Assembly (NCBI RefSeq): GCF_004010195.1
Contig: NC_057719.1
Location: 19,477,562 to 19,541,561, forward strand
DNA from: Chiloscyllium plagiosum
Taxonomy: Eukaryota
Direction of reading: 5' to 3'
DNA length: 64,000 nucleotides
Shown here: piece by piece, positions 11,735-25,139 of the stretch
Layout of the letters: the number at the start of each line of letters is the position of its first letter
Numbering within the stretch: position 1 is the stretch's first letter
Notes under the pieces: generated by a model
Seen by the model: the letters and a program-made list of their open reading frames with translations, nothing else
Database searches by the model: none
What the model was told of the DNA's origin: nothing
Position numbers and translations under genes: made by a program

Positions 11735-11982
11735 AGTCTGTGTGGAGTTTGCACATTCTCCCCTCGTCTGTGTGGGTTTCCTTGTGGTGCTCCAGTTTCC
11801 TCCTCCCACAGTCCAAAGATGTGCAAGTTAGTTGGATTGGCCATGCTAAATTGCCACAGTGTAGATTAGGTGGATTAGCCATGGGAATTGCAGGATTGGG
11901 TGGGTCTAGGTGGGATGCTCTTCAGAGGGTTAGTGTGAACTCAATGGGCCAAATGGCCTGCTTCCACACTGTAGGGATTCTA
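11735..11982 (+). mobile_element. HE1-like SINE, 5'-truncated, nested in Gypsy
   Basis: V-SINE-type core TGTGTGGAGTTTGCACATTCTCCCC..GTGGGTTTCC and a CR1-like tail. Confidence 0.85.
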
Positions 11983-12149
11983 TAATTTATATCAGCAGTA
12001 ACTACAATGACTTGCCAGCCTCTATCCTAAAGAAAAAAATTAGCCCTTTGACCAAGCCTTGCCTTTGTTTGGGTTTTGCTGTGGACTGGCCTAGAGTCCC
12101 TCTGTTCAGGATATGTCCTGAATGAGGCTATGCAATTGCCTTCACTCAA

Positions 12150-12857
12150 GTGGTGTTCCTCAAGCTCAGTTGGACTGACGAGGGTATCCACTTCCATCGT
12201 AATACCCTGCAACTCATGTGCTCCACTTGCTGCATTTTCTGGTGATAAAGCCAGTTGGTGTACCTGTTTGAAGCCTAGTTTGGTGTCAACTCATAGGCAC
12301 TTTTGCTGGTTACATCATTAATTTCACACACCAAACAGTCTCTTCGTGTTTTATTAACAGTTAAACCAAAGTCACATGCCTCTGCCAGTCATCTTAACCT
12401 TATCAAAACTCCGGATGTGAATTGCCTTGTTCTCAAATTGCCAAGTAAAACCAATAGTGTCTCAGAATTTGAGGAGGCTCTGGATCGTAATATTCCTTAA
12501 GTAAATCTGTCAACTCTTAAAAGGTTTTAGTATTTGGTGCCTCAGGGAAAGTTGAGGCTCCTAATAACTGAAAATGTAAATGCTCGTAGTTGCTGCTTAC
12601 ACGTGGACTCAAGACAGCAAAAGGGTCCCACTAGACCTAATTGAGTAAGAGAACTCATAGGGTGGTATCCAGGAGAATGCACACTTTGGAAAGCCCCACT
12701 GCATCTAGTTTGGAACAGTTGAATCATTGAGCAATATCTTATTGTTTCTCATTTGCCCCAATGTCATTTGCCCAGAAAAATAATGCATTCTTTCCACACA
12801 CTGGGTCCAGTCTTTGAAGGCAGGATCGAATGAGTCAAGCTTCCCGAATAACGGCAT
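12150..12857 (-). pseudogene. gag: Gypsy gag remnant
   Basis: Reads MPLFGKLDSFDPAFKDWTQCVERMHYF from the ATG at 12857, just downstream of the 5' LTR and PBS; frameshifted afterwards. Confidence 0.75.
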
Positions 12858-12939
12858 GATGCCAGAAATGCTTGCCCCAACTCAAAGACGATTGTTGCAA
12901 GCAAATTTCTTCAGGAGTGTGCTTTTCTCTCATTGGCAC

Positions 12940-13162
12940 TGAAATAACTCAACAGAGGCCAGTATCCAGTCCCCAAGTCAGCCTTTATTTACACGTGGAG
13001 AGTCCTTGACACTCAGAGCCAACTCCCAGAGTGAACAGAACCTCTGACACTCCTGTTTAAATCAGTCAGCCAGGGCTCCCTGATTGGAACAGGTTAAGAG
13101 CCCCAGTCAGAGAACTCATATTCTATGAGGTCCACCTGGCTGACCTCATTGCAGTCACCACA
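12940..13162 (-). repeat. 5' LTR of the Gypsy element
   Basis: TGAAATA...CCACA, shares ACTCATATTCTATGAGGTCCACCTGGCTGACCT with 6359-6593. Confidence 0.9.
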
Positions 13163-14192
13163 GTTTACTTTACTGGCCCACAGTACAGGACTAGCTGATC
13201 CACTGTGTGCAGAATGCAGACCAACCATTTCATATTAAAAAAAAATCCATAATGTCCTCTCTCTCTAGTGAAAATATTTATGCCATTTTGGGCCCAGATG
13301 GGTGTAAACTGGCACACCTTTGTGCCCATATACAAAATGTGATATCCAAATCCCCTAATACTGTCGTCAGAGGAAGCTGCCACATTTGGGAGAAGTCCCT
13401 GGTTTGATCTCGATTAGTCTCAGTAGCCTGGCCAACAAAGACAGTCCATGCCTGTGGCACTGTGCCAGCAGTAGCCGTTGCCTAGAGCAGATGCAGCTGT
13501 CTGTATGGGTTACATAGTCTGAAGTGAAATCAAAGTGGGCCATGGTCATAGGAGCATCTCTGTGACCGCCAGCTCCTTTGACTTTTGAGGGATGTGTCAA
13601 ATAAAAGATGAACAATGCTTCTATTGCCTAAAATTGGACAGAGTGATAAGATCCCTATTTAAAATTCCTGTTCTTCCTCATGTGGGGACAAATGATTTTA
13701 TTCTGTAGTTGGAAGTGTTATTTAATTCCACAATCATTTTAATGGTCATGATATGTAGAATTATGCTTGCATAAGAACAGAAAGAGCACTTCAAACGTAA
13801 TCCATTAGTTGTAGAAAAACACTGGGGCATGCGGAGGACACAATAAGGCACTATATAAACGCACGTTCTTGTCTTTGATAATGCATGATTGTGACTTTGG
13901 CCAGGGATTCAGATATAATCATAAAACAGGGAGACAAAGCTCAAGTGGTTAATGGCTGGCATTTAAATCCTAAAAAATCAAACACAGTAATAGCTTTTCA
14001 TGCTATCCCATCAATAATTTTTTTTAATATAATGCCTATTATGGTCTTGGCTCTATGAAAACAATACAAATGACAGGCAGAAATGTAATGGTATTGATTG
14101 AAATTTGCGAACGGCTCATTGCATTGTCATTGAGGGATAATGGTGCCTCTTAATTTACTAGGACAAATGATAAAAGGTGTCTGTCCTTTCAG

Positions 14193-14236
14193 AATGAGGA
14201 CTTACAGAACCTGCTGTTGTTAAACCACAAGATGAG
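14193..14236 (+). pseudogene. Candidate small exon
   Basis: ctgtcctttcag| then NEDLQNLLLLNHKM(R); donor is non-canonical (|gcattt); phase 2 fits 15121. Confidence 0.3.
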
Positions 14237-15120
14237 GCATTTGTTTAAGGACCATTGCCACAGTGAAGCCCAATGCCCTCACAGTTCAAATTTATTTTTG
14301 CTTTCAGACTCTAAGTTCCATTCATCAACTTGAACCTAAAACAATACTGGTGTAAAATTTTAACCTAAAAAAAATTCTAAATACTGAATTAAGCAGTTTA
14401 CAAAGGAAGATTAAACTGTGAATGACACTTTATCAGACTAACAGTGAGGATGTATTTAAATGGAAGTTGGAGAACTCAATTGAAGTGTAACATTCTGAAG
14501 CATGCATAAGAACAGTTTTACAGCAATCTGACAACCAATCACAATAATAGTATTGATTCTTTCATGATTTAACCCTTAGATTGCTGGAAGCTTTGAATGC
14601 TTGGGCCAGTTCATGGCTTCCTCTGTCAGCTGCTGTCACTTGGCTTTGATCTATCTAATAGCTGTTTAGATCAACCATTCCCCAATTGCCTCACGAAACG
14701 GCTCATGAGTCATTGGGCAAGACATTTTCCTCTTTATTCACCACTCATCTGAGAATAATGATTCATGCTAGGGTACAGTTCCTCGGATGCTGCCTGAACT
14801 GCTGTGCTCTTCCAGCACCACTAATCCAGAATACAGTTCCACAGGCAGCAGAATCTCCCTGTTACCCACCATACTGTATCAATGTGTCCACTGCAAAGGC
14901 ATCTATCTTAGCATAAACATTTTCTGCTCTTATTTGTCCTACAGCATACGGAATGAGCTTGAGTAAATATATGACACGTTTTATGTCCTTAAGCACTTTA
15001 CAATGAATGAAGTACTTTGTAATATTTGTAGTCACTGTTGTAATGTGGTGCTAGCCTGATACTGCTGGTGCCACAGTCTGTCAGTTGTCAGTGAGTTGGG
15101 GCCTCAGTGTGTGTTTACAG

Positions 15121-15297
15121 GTCCCACTGTTTCAACCAAGAAGCTGAGTCGCAAAGAAAGCAGAATGAGGAACAGCGGGGAGGGATGAGAGGCAGGAAAA
15201 GCAAGCAGAGAAGCAAAAAAAACATGAAATGGGAACGTACCTGAAGAAACGCAAGTGCATTGCAGGAGAGGAACAAGCTGACGGAGACAGAAAAACG
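15121..15297 (+). pseudogene. Candidate pseudo-exon, charged coiled-coil-like
   Basis: tgtgtttacag| ... |gtttgt, 177 nt, purine-rich; SHCFNQEAESQRKQNEEQR...ERT*RNASALQERNKLTETEK (TGA 15242); all three frames contain a stop. Confidence 0.5.
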
Positions 15298-16235
15298 GTT
15301 TGTAAGATTATAATTGTCAGCTGGCAGAAGTGCAGGAACAGGCTGGGGACATTGCATTCTAACATTTAAAATAATTTCAGAACTGTTACTTAAGCTGTAA
15401 AACACCAGCAATGACAAATTTCATATAACTACAGAGCCTTGTCAGATTTCATTTAATACTTGAATCAGTCACAATTAGTTTCACAAAAAAAAATTACTTG
15501 CACCATTCTGTACTTCTCAATCCCCACCCCCAACAATCCCAGCCAGGCTGTGTTATGCTTAATAAGGGCATTATAGGGTTACAATATTGTTTGACCTACA
15601 CTTTCTGTGAGAATAGCTCCCCTGTGAGAGCAGAGGGGCACATAATTGGCTTCTTATTGTTCATTAAGATGAAGGATGTTAGTGCTGGAAAACAACTTTT
15701 ATTTATATGGCATCTTTGATGTAATAAAACATTCCAAGATGCTTTACAGACTCTTGTAAAATATGGTACTGAGCCACGAAAGAAAATAGTAGGTCAAATG
15801 ACCAAAGGCCCTGTCAAAGATGCAGGCCTTAAGAAGACAGGCAGAGATATATAGAGAGGATATTTCCGAGCTTGGTTCCTAAATAAGTTAAGGCATGATC
15901 AGCTCTGGTGGAGTGATGAAAATCAGGGATGCCTAAAAAAAAATGCCAAAGTTAAAGAAATACAGATATGTCAAAGGTTGTGGGGCTGAATGACATATCA
16001 GAAACAGGGATGAGTATAGTATGGAAGAATTTCCATTTTCTCTCTAAACATTCAGGAGCAATATGCTAACCACTACTAAATAAAGTGTACCATGGATACA
16101 TGGGCAAATAAGTTCCTCTACATTGCCCTCACACCCCCAAAACTCAAAGAAGGTAAAGACCGAAGTTCTTTGACTATTTAACTCAAAGAAGGTGTCTCAG
16201 ACTGCATTGTAGTATTTTAAGTTTCCACTTTTCAG

Positions 16236-16364
16236 AATAGGGAGATGAAAAGATCATTGTTGGAATCCAGTGCAATATCTGAACTGATATTTGATTCAAT
16301 GTCAAACTACTGATAGACATGCCAAACAAATGACCTATTGACGATACATGATTGTATTCACATG
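16236..16364 (+). pseudogene. Candidate pseudo-exon
   Basis: tttccacttttcag| ... |gtatta, 129 nt phase 0-0: NREMKRSLLESSAISELIFDSMSNY**TCQTNDLLTIHDCIHM. Confidence 0.4.
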
Positions 16365-16630
16365 GTATTAGTATGTTGTGTTAACTGAACAGATCTTACC
16401 TCAGTTGGAGTCCGGATATGAGGAAAAGTCAAAGTTCTCTGCATCCTGGACCTCTTTCTGTGCAAATGCCATTGTCTTTTTATTTTAAAACCTCAGCTTC
16501 GCTGTCTTTCAAACCTATTTGCCCTTATTTGAGGACCTTCATCATGTTAGCCAATAAAATTAGAACAATGACACCTATCCCCAGAAAACTGATCTGTTGG
16601 CATTTAGAGTTGCTGCTTCCCAGTAAATGA

Positions 16631-16942
16631 TTAGATTAGATTCCCGACAGTGTGGAAACAGGTCCTTCGGCCCAACAAGTCCACATCGACCCTCCGAAGA
16701 GTAACCCACCCAGACCCATTACCTCTGACTAATGCACCTAACACTATGGGCAATTTAGCATGGCCAATTCACCTGGCCTGCACATTTTTAGATTGTGGGA
16801 AGAAGCCAGAGCACCCAGAGGAAACCCACACAGACACAGGGAGAACGTGCAAACTCGACACCAGCAGTCAGCTGAGGCTGGAATCAAACCTGGGTCCCTT
16901 ACGCTGTGAAGCAGCAGTGCTAACCACTGTGCCACCATGCCA
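16631..16942 (-). mobile_element. HE1-like SINE, full length
   Basis: tRNA-like head GGTGGCACAGTGGTTAGCACTGCTGC, V core, (AATCT)n tail. Confidence 0.92.
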
Positions 16943-17311
16943 CTCCCTTAGTTCCTTAGTGCACTTAGTCCTTACTTCCAAAGTGCATATTGACTTGAGG
17001 ATGCTCATGTTACTTCTCTGTTCACTCTGTTGTACACTTTACTCCAGTATGTTGGAGAAAACAGACAATATGGGACTTTGAGTCATAACTGCAAAAAAAG
17101 GTGACCTGCAATTTGTTGTCTGCAATTCTCAGATTAGAAAACACATATATCTCCACTTTGAGATGGATTATTATAAAGTACTTACAAAAAGTTACATTGA
17201 GATTGTTGATATACTGAAGTGCACATAGGAAATCATGCTTTACTGGCTTTAGTCAAAGTAATCTCATCAAGAGTTATCTTGTACAAAAGATCTTTATACA
17301 GCTGGGTTATG

Positions 17312-17383
17312 TTTAGATTAGATTAGATTCCCTACAATGTGGAAACAGGCCCTTTGGCCCAACAAGTCCACACTGACCCTCCA
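17312..17383 (-). mobile_element. HE1-like SINE 3' fragment
   Basis: (TTAGA)n tail plus GTGGAAACAGGCCC..GGCCCAACAAGTCCACAC. Confidence 0.85.
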
Positions 17384-19123
17384 ATCCAAAGTGGTTTTCG
17401 TTGTCTAGTCAAGTGGGAAAAAAATCCTACATAGCATTTGATTATCTTCTAAGTTGACCTTTGAGAAATGCTGGGTGAATGGGTCTGGATATCTAGGACA
17501 GCTTGAAGTTTCTAGACGTTCAGGCAGAAACTTTCCATCACCTACCTGACTGAAGACTGTTCCCCAAGTGTCATATCCACAAGGTTGTCTTATTCCACAA
17601 TGCAAATCCATCTTCTTACAGCCAATACTGATAGACCTGTTGCCTGAAGATTTTATCCTGTAGTTAATGAGGTGCTTTGGTCTTGCTGCTGCTTTTAAAT
17701 CCCTGTGCTGCCATTGTTACCTCACCATCTCATACTATGTACATTGAGGTCTCACATTTTCCTGCACACACTCTACTTGAGCTTTCTTTTCTATACAGCA
17801 CCACACACCAATTCTCTCCTCCTCTCCAGCCTCATCCGCATTCCACACACATACCTGCCCCTTGACTACCCACCTCCACATCCAGAGGAAAGGCTTTTGT
17901 GGGTGAGAGGCAGATCAATCTTACAGAATTGAAGTCTGTTCAGCTAGCAGATGGGGCACAAATAGATCATTAAAGTTGGATCATGATCACTGAATTTGAG
18001 GATAAAGGTCTTAGAAGTGATATTTGGGAGACCCAGTGGCTTGGTTAATGTAATGCAGGCCTTTGAATGGTTAAAGCCATAAGCAGTAAAACTCTGAAAT
18101 TGTAGATTATGAAGCATGGGAAGAAGTTGCACATGGTTTGACAGTGTTAGAGAATTTGAACTTCAAAAGCAAAGATTAAAGTCTCAGTGGAGAAAGAAAG
18201 AGGCAGGAGTGAAGGCAAATTGAAGAAAAATAATGATTTTCCAAGCAGATGCTTGGAAGGTTCCCACCACATTTCTGACCGGAAGTTGCCTTGCATAGCT
18301 CTCCCAATTTGTTGACAAGACTGAGGGGCAAATTTTAAAACATTCCCAGGTAAGACTTCCCATTACCCATGTTGTAAATAGTGAACTCCTCAGGTCAGAT
18401 GTTATAATTACAGGGAAGTGCATATTCTTTTGAAGTTAATTTTGTTAATTAGCCATTTCAAAACTACTTTAATTGAATATATAGTATAATACTAGAAAAG
18501 AAATTGTGTATATTTTACTGCTCAGTCCATCGACTCTTCCCCAGCCTTTTGGGAAGTTAATCTCTTTCCTCTTTTCATTTCATAATTGTTTTTCTTCAGA
18601 CATTTATTGAATTCCTTTTTTTGCAGTATAGCATTGACTAGCTCAGCCAGACAGTGCTTTCTGACTACTGTTTTGTATAAAATACTTTTTTTTCCTCATG
18701 TTCTCTATTTGTCTTTGCAAGTCGCCTTAAATCTGTAACCTCTGGTTCTCAATCCTTCAATAATTGGCAATGGTTTCTATTTATTTAATCTATCAAAATC
18801 ATTCTTCATTTTAAACACATCAGTGTTGCCACTTGGTTATATCAACTAGTTGTGTTTCTTTTTCCACTGTCGAATGTCCCTGACACAAGCTGAAATGACA
18901 CACATCGAAGTAACAAGTATCACCGAAATTCAAACTCAACACCTTCATTCGTCCATTGATCTGTGCTACTGTTATTGAGCTGAAAATATGGGTAAACACT
19001 CAATCTACTCCCAGGCCTTCTGATTATATTAGCTGCTGGGAGGTGTTCTGTAGCAGAATGACCATGTGGGGTTTTCTAAGCTGAATTAGTGCTGCATCAT
19101 TCTGTTATCTTCCAATTTTATAG

Positions 19124-19244
19124 GTCTACTGGTGTAAATTAAAAGAAAATTGAGTGATGACAGTATCACAATGGCTTTCACATTTGCTGAGCTGGTGAAG
19201 AGGCACTTGTTGGCATCAATAATTGAAAAGACACAAAAAAAGAA
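19124..19244 (+). pseudogene. Candidate pseudo-exon
   Basis: cttccaattttatag| ... |gtgagc: LLV*IKRKLSDDSITMAFTFAELVKRHLLASIIEKTQKK (TAA 19135), exits phase 2. Confidence 0.45.
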
Positions 19245-20524
19245 GTGAGCTGTCAACTTTTATTAAAGCCGAAGCAGATGGCTTAATTTTTGTTTTAAAA
19301 ATTCAGAACATGTTTCCCACTCGCCAGTGCCAGTGAACTCAGTTTTTTGGCTGTGCAATCATGCTGCAGGTGATGTCATTAAGACATGGTCGCAGTTTGA
19401 AACAGCCTGAGCTGTCCCAGGAAACATGCAGTTGCCCCAAATGGCCAGCAGGACAACATGCAGCCCTTAAAATGATTAGTGCATAGCAAGCTGGGTCTGT
19501 CTGCAGTGTACTTATTATCCAAGGAACTTTACAGATCCTGGGCGGGGCTAAACTGATGATTTGGCAACAGTCAGAGCATGCTGGGCCCCAACTTATGTGA
19601 CAGCCACAGAATTAACTGGACCAGAGCAAATGGTAGCCAGAAATCTACAATTTAATAGGCATTTAGTAACACTATATTTATTGTGGATTAATATGGTTTA
19701 GCATGCTAGTTGATGTTTATGGCTGAGTTGATTTGTCTGGGGAAGAGTTCAAATTTGCTCATGAGCTCCAAACAACCTTGTTATAAAGTTTTTTTTCCCC
19801 CCCTTTAACACATTGCTGCATGTGTAATAGCTTCAAACGTTTTTCACATCCACATTTGGTTAGAAACGTGAACTGCACTTTACAAGTGAGTTCAACAATC
19901 CTACATTGAATGTAATTACACATTCACAATCTGTGTAAAATAATTGATAGAAACAAAAGTAATAAACTTAAATTCATATGTAGAGCACTTCATCACATGA
20001 TAAATTCATCTAATGTGCATTCACATTGTAGGGAAATAAAGCAGTTATTTTGCAAGTTCTAAGATAGCTAGTGAGGGTACAATGTTTTTTTCCACATGTG
20101 GCATTGGCCAAGGAACCTCAACTCTACCATTGGATAGACATGTGGACATTTAATACGCACTTGAACAGACAGATTTCAGTCTCAGCTTAACGTCTTCATT
20201 TGAAGGACATTGCCTTCAATAACTCAGTGTAACAGGTGTTAGCCTACATTATGTGCTCAAGTCCTGGAGGGGGGGATGCTTGAACCCATAACCTTCTACC
20301 TTAGAGATAAGAGTGCTACCAACTGAGACAAGCTGACACTTAACACAGAAGAAGCTGTTGTTGCAATGTCACAGTAACAACAATAATCAGTGTCAGTCTG
20401 TGGTAGTGAATGGAGCCAAGGCCAATAAATCATAAGAAGAGTTTGAGAGGACAGAGTTGGACAGAGAAGAAGACTAACAATAGAATTACTTCTATCGAAA
20501 ATGTAATGGAGAAAAACATATAAG

Positions 20525-20763
20525 ATGTGTCTGCAAGTCTTTTTCAAATGCCCCAATAACACGCTGGAGTCACTTTATTCGAAGATTGTACCTCATTATC
20601 ATTTGGCACAAATAGAACCATTTCTAAGAATGAGTACATGGGTTCAACAAGGTTGAAATACTGTGTGGAAACAGTAAACAAAAATCTTAGAGGAGCCAAA
20701 AGAAAGCTACGCAAAGCACCAGGACAGAGATCAGTTTTGCTCAGACCCGGCCCCATATTTTAA
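20525..20763 (+). pseudogene. Possible decayed coding segment, splice sites unclear
   Basis: MCLQVFFKCPNNTLESLYSKIVPHYHLAQIEPFLRMSTWVQQG*NTVWKQ*TKILEEPKESYAKHQDRDQF; non-repetitive sequence. Confidence 0.2.
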
Positions 20764-20790
20764 GTTGAGTCCTTTACTACAAAGAAGGCT

Positions 20791-21965
20791 ACAAAGAACA
20801 AAGAAAACAGAACAGCACAGGATCAGGACTTTCAGCCAACCAAACCTGCACCTACAGCAATTAAAACTCTTTTGCTTCCACATGGGCCATATCACTCTAT
20901 TATCTGTCTATTCATATATCTGTAAAGATGCCTCTTAAATGCTATTATTGTATCTGTTTCTACCACCTCCTCTGGCAACACGTTGGGTATACTTACCACT
21001 TCTGTGTAAAAAACTTGTCGCTCACATCTCCTTTAAACTTTCCTCCTTTTACCTTAAACCTATGTCCCCTAGTAATTGATATTTCTAACCAAGAAGTATG
21101 ACTCTGACTATCCATTCTCTCATAACTCTGTAAACTTCTGTCAGGTTTCCCCTCAGCCTCTAACAAGTGAAAAGGAACCAAGTTTGTTCAATCTCTCCTC
21201 ATAGCCAATACCCCCAGAACATACACATCATAGTAAACCTTTTCTGTACTGTCTCCAAAGCCTTCACATTCTTCTGGTAGTGTGGCGAGCAGAGTTGTAT
21301 GGAATATTCAAAATGTGGCTTAACTAAATTCTATATAACTGGAACATGACTTGCCAATTTTATATTCCATGCCACACCCGAAGAAGGCAAACATGCCTTA
21401 TACTTTTGTGATCACCATATCCACTTATGTTGCCACTTTCATGGAACTGTGGACCTGAATGCCTATATCACTTTATATGTTAATACTTCTAAGGGTTCTG
21501 CCATTTACTATACACCTCCCTCCTGTAGTAGATCTTCCAAAGTGCAAAGCCTTGCATTTTTCTATCTGCCATATCTCCAAACCTCCTTCTTATCTACATT
21601 TCACTGTATCCTCTGGCAATCCTCCTCACTATCCATTGCGCCCCCAATCTCTGTGTCATCCATAAATTTATTAATCAGACTACCTACATTCTCCTCCAAA
21701 TTGTTTGTATATCCTACACACAATAGAAGTCCCAACACTGGTCTTTGCAGAACACCGCTAGAACTGATCTCAAGTCAGAAAAGCACCTTTCACCACCATT
21801 GTCTGTCTTCCATGACTAAGCCAGTTTTGTAGCCATCTTACCACCTCACTGTGGATCCCATGTGACTTAGCCTTCTATATCAGCCTGCCATGAGGGACCT
21901 GTCAAAGGCCTTGCTAAAGTCCATGCAGACAACATCCAAGGCCCTGCCCTCATCAATCATCTTTG
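20791..21965 (-). mobile_element. CR1 LINE 3' ~1.2 kb, degraded
   Basis: (ACAAAGA)n tail; HRFKVKGGKFKGDV..KFFTQ; DFSKAFDRSL motif at ~21895-21925. Confidence 0.88.
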
Positions 21966-23181
21966 AACCTCTACACCTTGGACAGTTCCCAATGGAGTTC
22001 AAGGATCTTACCCAACATATTCCAACTTGTATTATCAGCTCCCAGTTGTGCTGTGTTCTTCAGAACAGCACCATACTTACAGAAGCAAAAGTGATTGATC
22101 CTGAAGATACTTTCAATCTCTTATTTCTCACTAAATATAGATCACTGATGCGTGCAGTGATTTAAAATTCTTCGTTCATCAGAACCTGAGAGATGTCCCA
22201 TATTTCCCAAGATGCGACCTAGGACCTTACAACACAAACCGAGAGAACAGATTGCTTAAAATTAATGTTTGTTCTCAACCTGCCAACTGTATTTTGTTCT
22301 CAAAGTATACCCTGTGTGCAATGAAAACAGATTCTAGCTGGAAATTCTGACCATTTGTTGATTAATTAGGTTTTCCTATCAGACAACATATTTTCACCAT
22401 GACGCAGGTTTGAAAATTACACTGTACAAAAAACAATCAGCATAAACACTGTGAAACAGCAGTAGCTTAACGTACCTTAACTCAGCATGGTTCAGTGTTT
22501 GAATGTAAATAGTCAATTTTTTTCACAGCTTGTAATGTATTAATTGGTTTGGTTTCTCAAAAATGTTGTTACATATTCACTAAACACTGCATTCTAAAAA
22601 CAAATTTAAAATGAAACAAAACTATGGGAAGAACTGAGACATGAAAATATATTTTAAGAAGTCAGAGCTAAGACCGAGAGGACAAGCTGCTTTCCTTGAT
22701 CGCTGTTAAGTGACCTCAGTGAAACAGTCTCGGACTGTTTAAATCTTACTCTCGTTATACGCCTGTGTTTATAAGGAAAACTATACTGCACAGCACGAAT
22801 TTGGTTCACTCACTTGGAAAGGACAGAACGACAGACTAGTGAACCAATTATGCTGGTACAGTAGAAAGTTAGTTATCATAGTATTTTTCTGTTTGTCAGG
22901 AGAAGGATAACAATGCAATTAATGGACTATTACATCCACTTTCAATGCAAACCAAAGTACTGCTTGGTTAATTGTAGTTTCTGACTGGACAAATGAGTGC
23001 TAAATTGGCCTGGCTGGTCTGTTTTTCCTCTGACTGCTATGGTTAATGATACTACAAATAAAATGTTAAGATTCCTTAAAGATCAAAAGTAAAGGAAATG
23101 TATGATCTTGACATACAGAGGGACAGGAGCAGTTCAAGCACTTTAAAAATTTCACTGGAAAAGTCTTGTATTGTTTTGCAG

Positions 23182-23360
23182 GTATGGCCAAGGGGTTCTT
23201 AACCCACTGAGTTGTCCTATTAGCCTGATAACAAATGTCAAACCAAAGTGTGAAAATATTCCCATTTCCTCAACAGATGGAGACTTCCTATTCTATTTTT
23301 CTCATCCACTGGTTCGCATTAAGCACTTGACTCCATATTAAACTTGACTAGTTTGGATAG
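23182..23360 (+). pseudogene. Candidate pseudo-exon with a frameshift
   Basis: tattgttttgcag| and strong tag|gtaaga; 52 open codons YGQGVLNPLSCPISLITNVKPKCENIPISSTDGDFLFYFSHPLVRIKHLTPY*; 179 nt, one short of phase 2-2. Confidence 0.45.
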
Positions 23361-24244
23361 GTAAGAATTACAGATGATCTTAACTGTCAATGGGAAGCTT
23401 CCAGGTTTCCAGTTATAAAGTAAGTCTTACCACTGAACTAAACATCTTGTCATCACCACACAATCACATTTTATCAACAATCAGATGGAGGATTGGTACT
23501 TTGACAACCCAACCAAACTAACCAATTCTAATAAATACTCTTGTCGATATTATGTTTCCTCCATTTCTAGAGATAAATGTTGTTGTGATATTGACAGTGA
23601 TTGTTAAACCTGAGATCATTCATGGACTGAAATACTTTTTAATAAAGAGCAAATACTGACTTTACATGGCCACAGTAATCACCATATCACAGATTGAGGC
23701 AAGTCCATGAGTCCAAGTGGACTAAATGAAAGTTCTTGCCTGAAATTATCATTTCATCCAAAGACTTGAAAAGCAACTGCAATTATTAAGAGACTTGCAT
23801 CTCCTGTTTGATTAACAATTGTATGATAACGTCATTCATTCAGAGGTGCAATTCTCACACTAAAATTAGCCAGTTTAGAAAGACAATAGTGCTAGACGTG
23901 GGAAAATACAAACTAAAGATTTTCCAGTAAGCTGTATCAATTGTGCAGAGGGAAGGAATGATGAACTCATGACATTAGAACTTGAAGAACCTCTCTCTCT
24001 CTATAATATATACTCAATTTCTCCATATCATCTCAGTAGACAACACCCAATGGAAAAGTAAATTAGGGAAAAAGGAACTTTACTACGAACTCAAAAATAT
24101 GAATGGATTTCACTGTCAAGGTTACCAATCAACAGTTAAGTAAATAAGGTTACAATTCTAAAACCACATGGACTCCTGGAATTTTTAAATTATGGAACCA
24201 TTATTCTTCTAGTCTCTACTCAAAATTCTCCTTTTTAAACACAC

Positions 24245-24402
24245 AAAGGACTGTAGATGCCAGAGACCTGAAACAAAAACAGAAATTGTTGAAGAAACAC
24301 AGCAGGTCTGGCATCATCTGTGGGAAGAAAGCAGAGTTAACGTTTTGATTCCAATGATTCGTCATGTACTTGGTGAGTAAACAGACTTAAAATGTTAACT
24401 CT
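24245..24402 (-). mobile_element. Penelope-like mini-element (family b)
   Basis: CTGTAGATGCCAGAGACCTGAAACAAAAACAGAAATTG..GAGTTAACGTTT with a short inverted AAATGTTAACTC arm. Confidence 0.7.
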
Positions 24403-24958
24403 CTCTTTTTTAAAATTATTACCTCTGTTTGTGTGTATATTTGATGCCACAATTTTTAACTTTTTTTTTCTTGGGGTTAGCAGGTAATAAAACTTCTTCT
24501 TTTTGATTCAAAGAAATCTTGTACTTGGCTCAATCACTATGATCTATTTAGCTACACTTTTCAAAGTGAATTATGATTGCTGTGTATGAAAAAGAATTAA
24601 AAATATTTGTTTCACCTGGCTGAGGTGAGGCCTAAACATTAAAAAAAAAGTTCTTTGAAAGAGAGAATATTCTAGCTCTTATCTATTATCGATGTATGAG
24701 TAAATTGTGCTATAAGACTAAACTGTGCTTTACTACAAGTGTACAAATAAAGAACAAAAGTACAAATAAAGAACAAAAATATATTAGATAATTATTCTTA
24801 AACAAACATCACAAGGTGAGGACTTATGTTACTAGCTGCTATATTCGTATAGTCTAATTAAAAGAAAATATTTTTACAGACCTCCTCTCCTTATTCAACT
24901 GATTTTTCTAGAACTTTCTTCTTTGGCGTTAAATCTTTATCTATTTCTTTATACTCAG

Positions 24959-25139
24959 ATATGCACATGTCGAAGAAAATTCGTACAGCTTAATGACTCA
25001 GAACGTATTACAAACTACTGTAAACGAGCAGCACAAACAGACAACAAAAATCAGACACAATTTTTCACTTGTTACACCATCTAATAAAATAACACAACCA
25101 TCAGAAGCTATGGGGCATACTGGAACTGCATCTCCTTGA
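24959..25139 (+). pseudogene. Possible exon, 3' end uncertain
   Basis: ctatttctttatactcag| then ~59 open codons in phase 2: YAHVEENSYSLMTQNVLQTTVNEQHKQ...TASP*. Confidence 0.3.

Larger units (their letters stand above)
6359..13162 (-). mobile_element. Full-length decayed Ty3/Gypsy LTR retrotransposon
   Basis: Two homologous TG...CA LTRs, TSD GGTTA/GTTTA, purine tract next to the 3' LTR, PBS-like remnant at ~12929-12939, domain order gag-PR-RT-RH-INT on the - strand with many stops and frameshifts. Confidence 0.92.

Noticed and set aside
24741..24779. 19-bp tandem duplication GTACAAATAAAGAACAAAA (similar short repeats at 183/466 and 16141/16180)
   Set aside because: Ordinary slippage-type micro-duplications.
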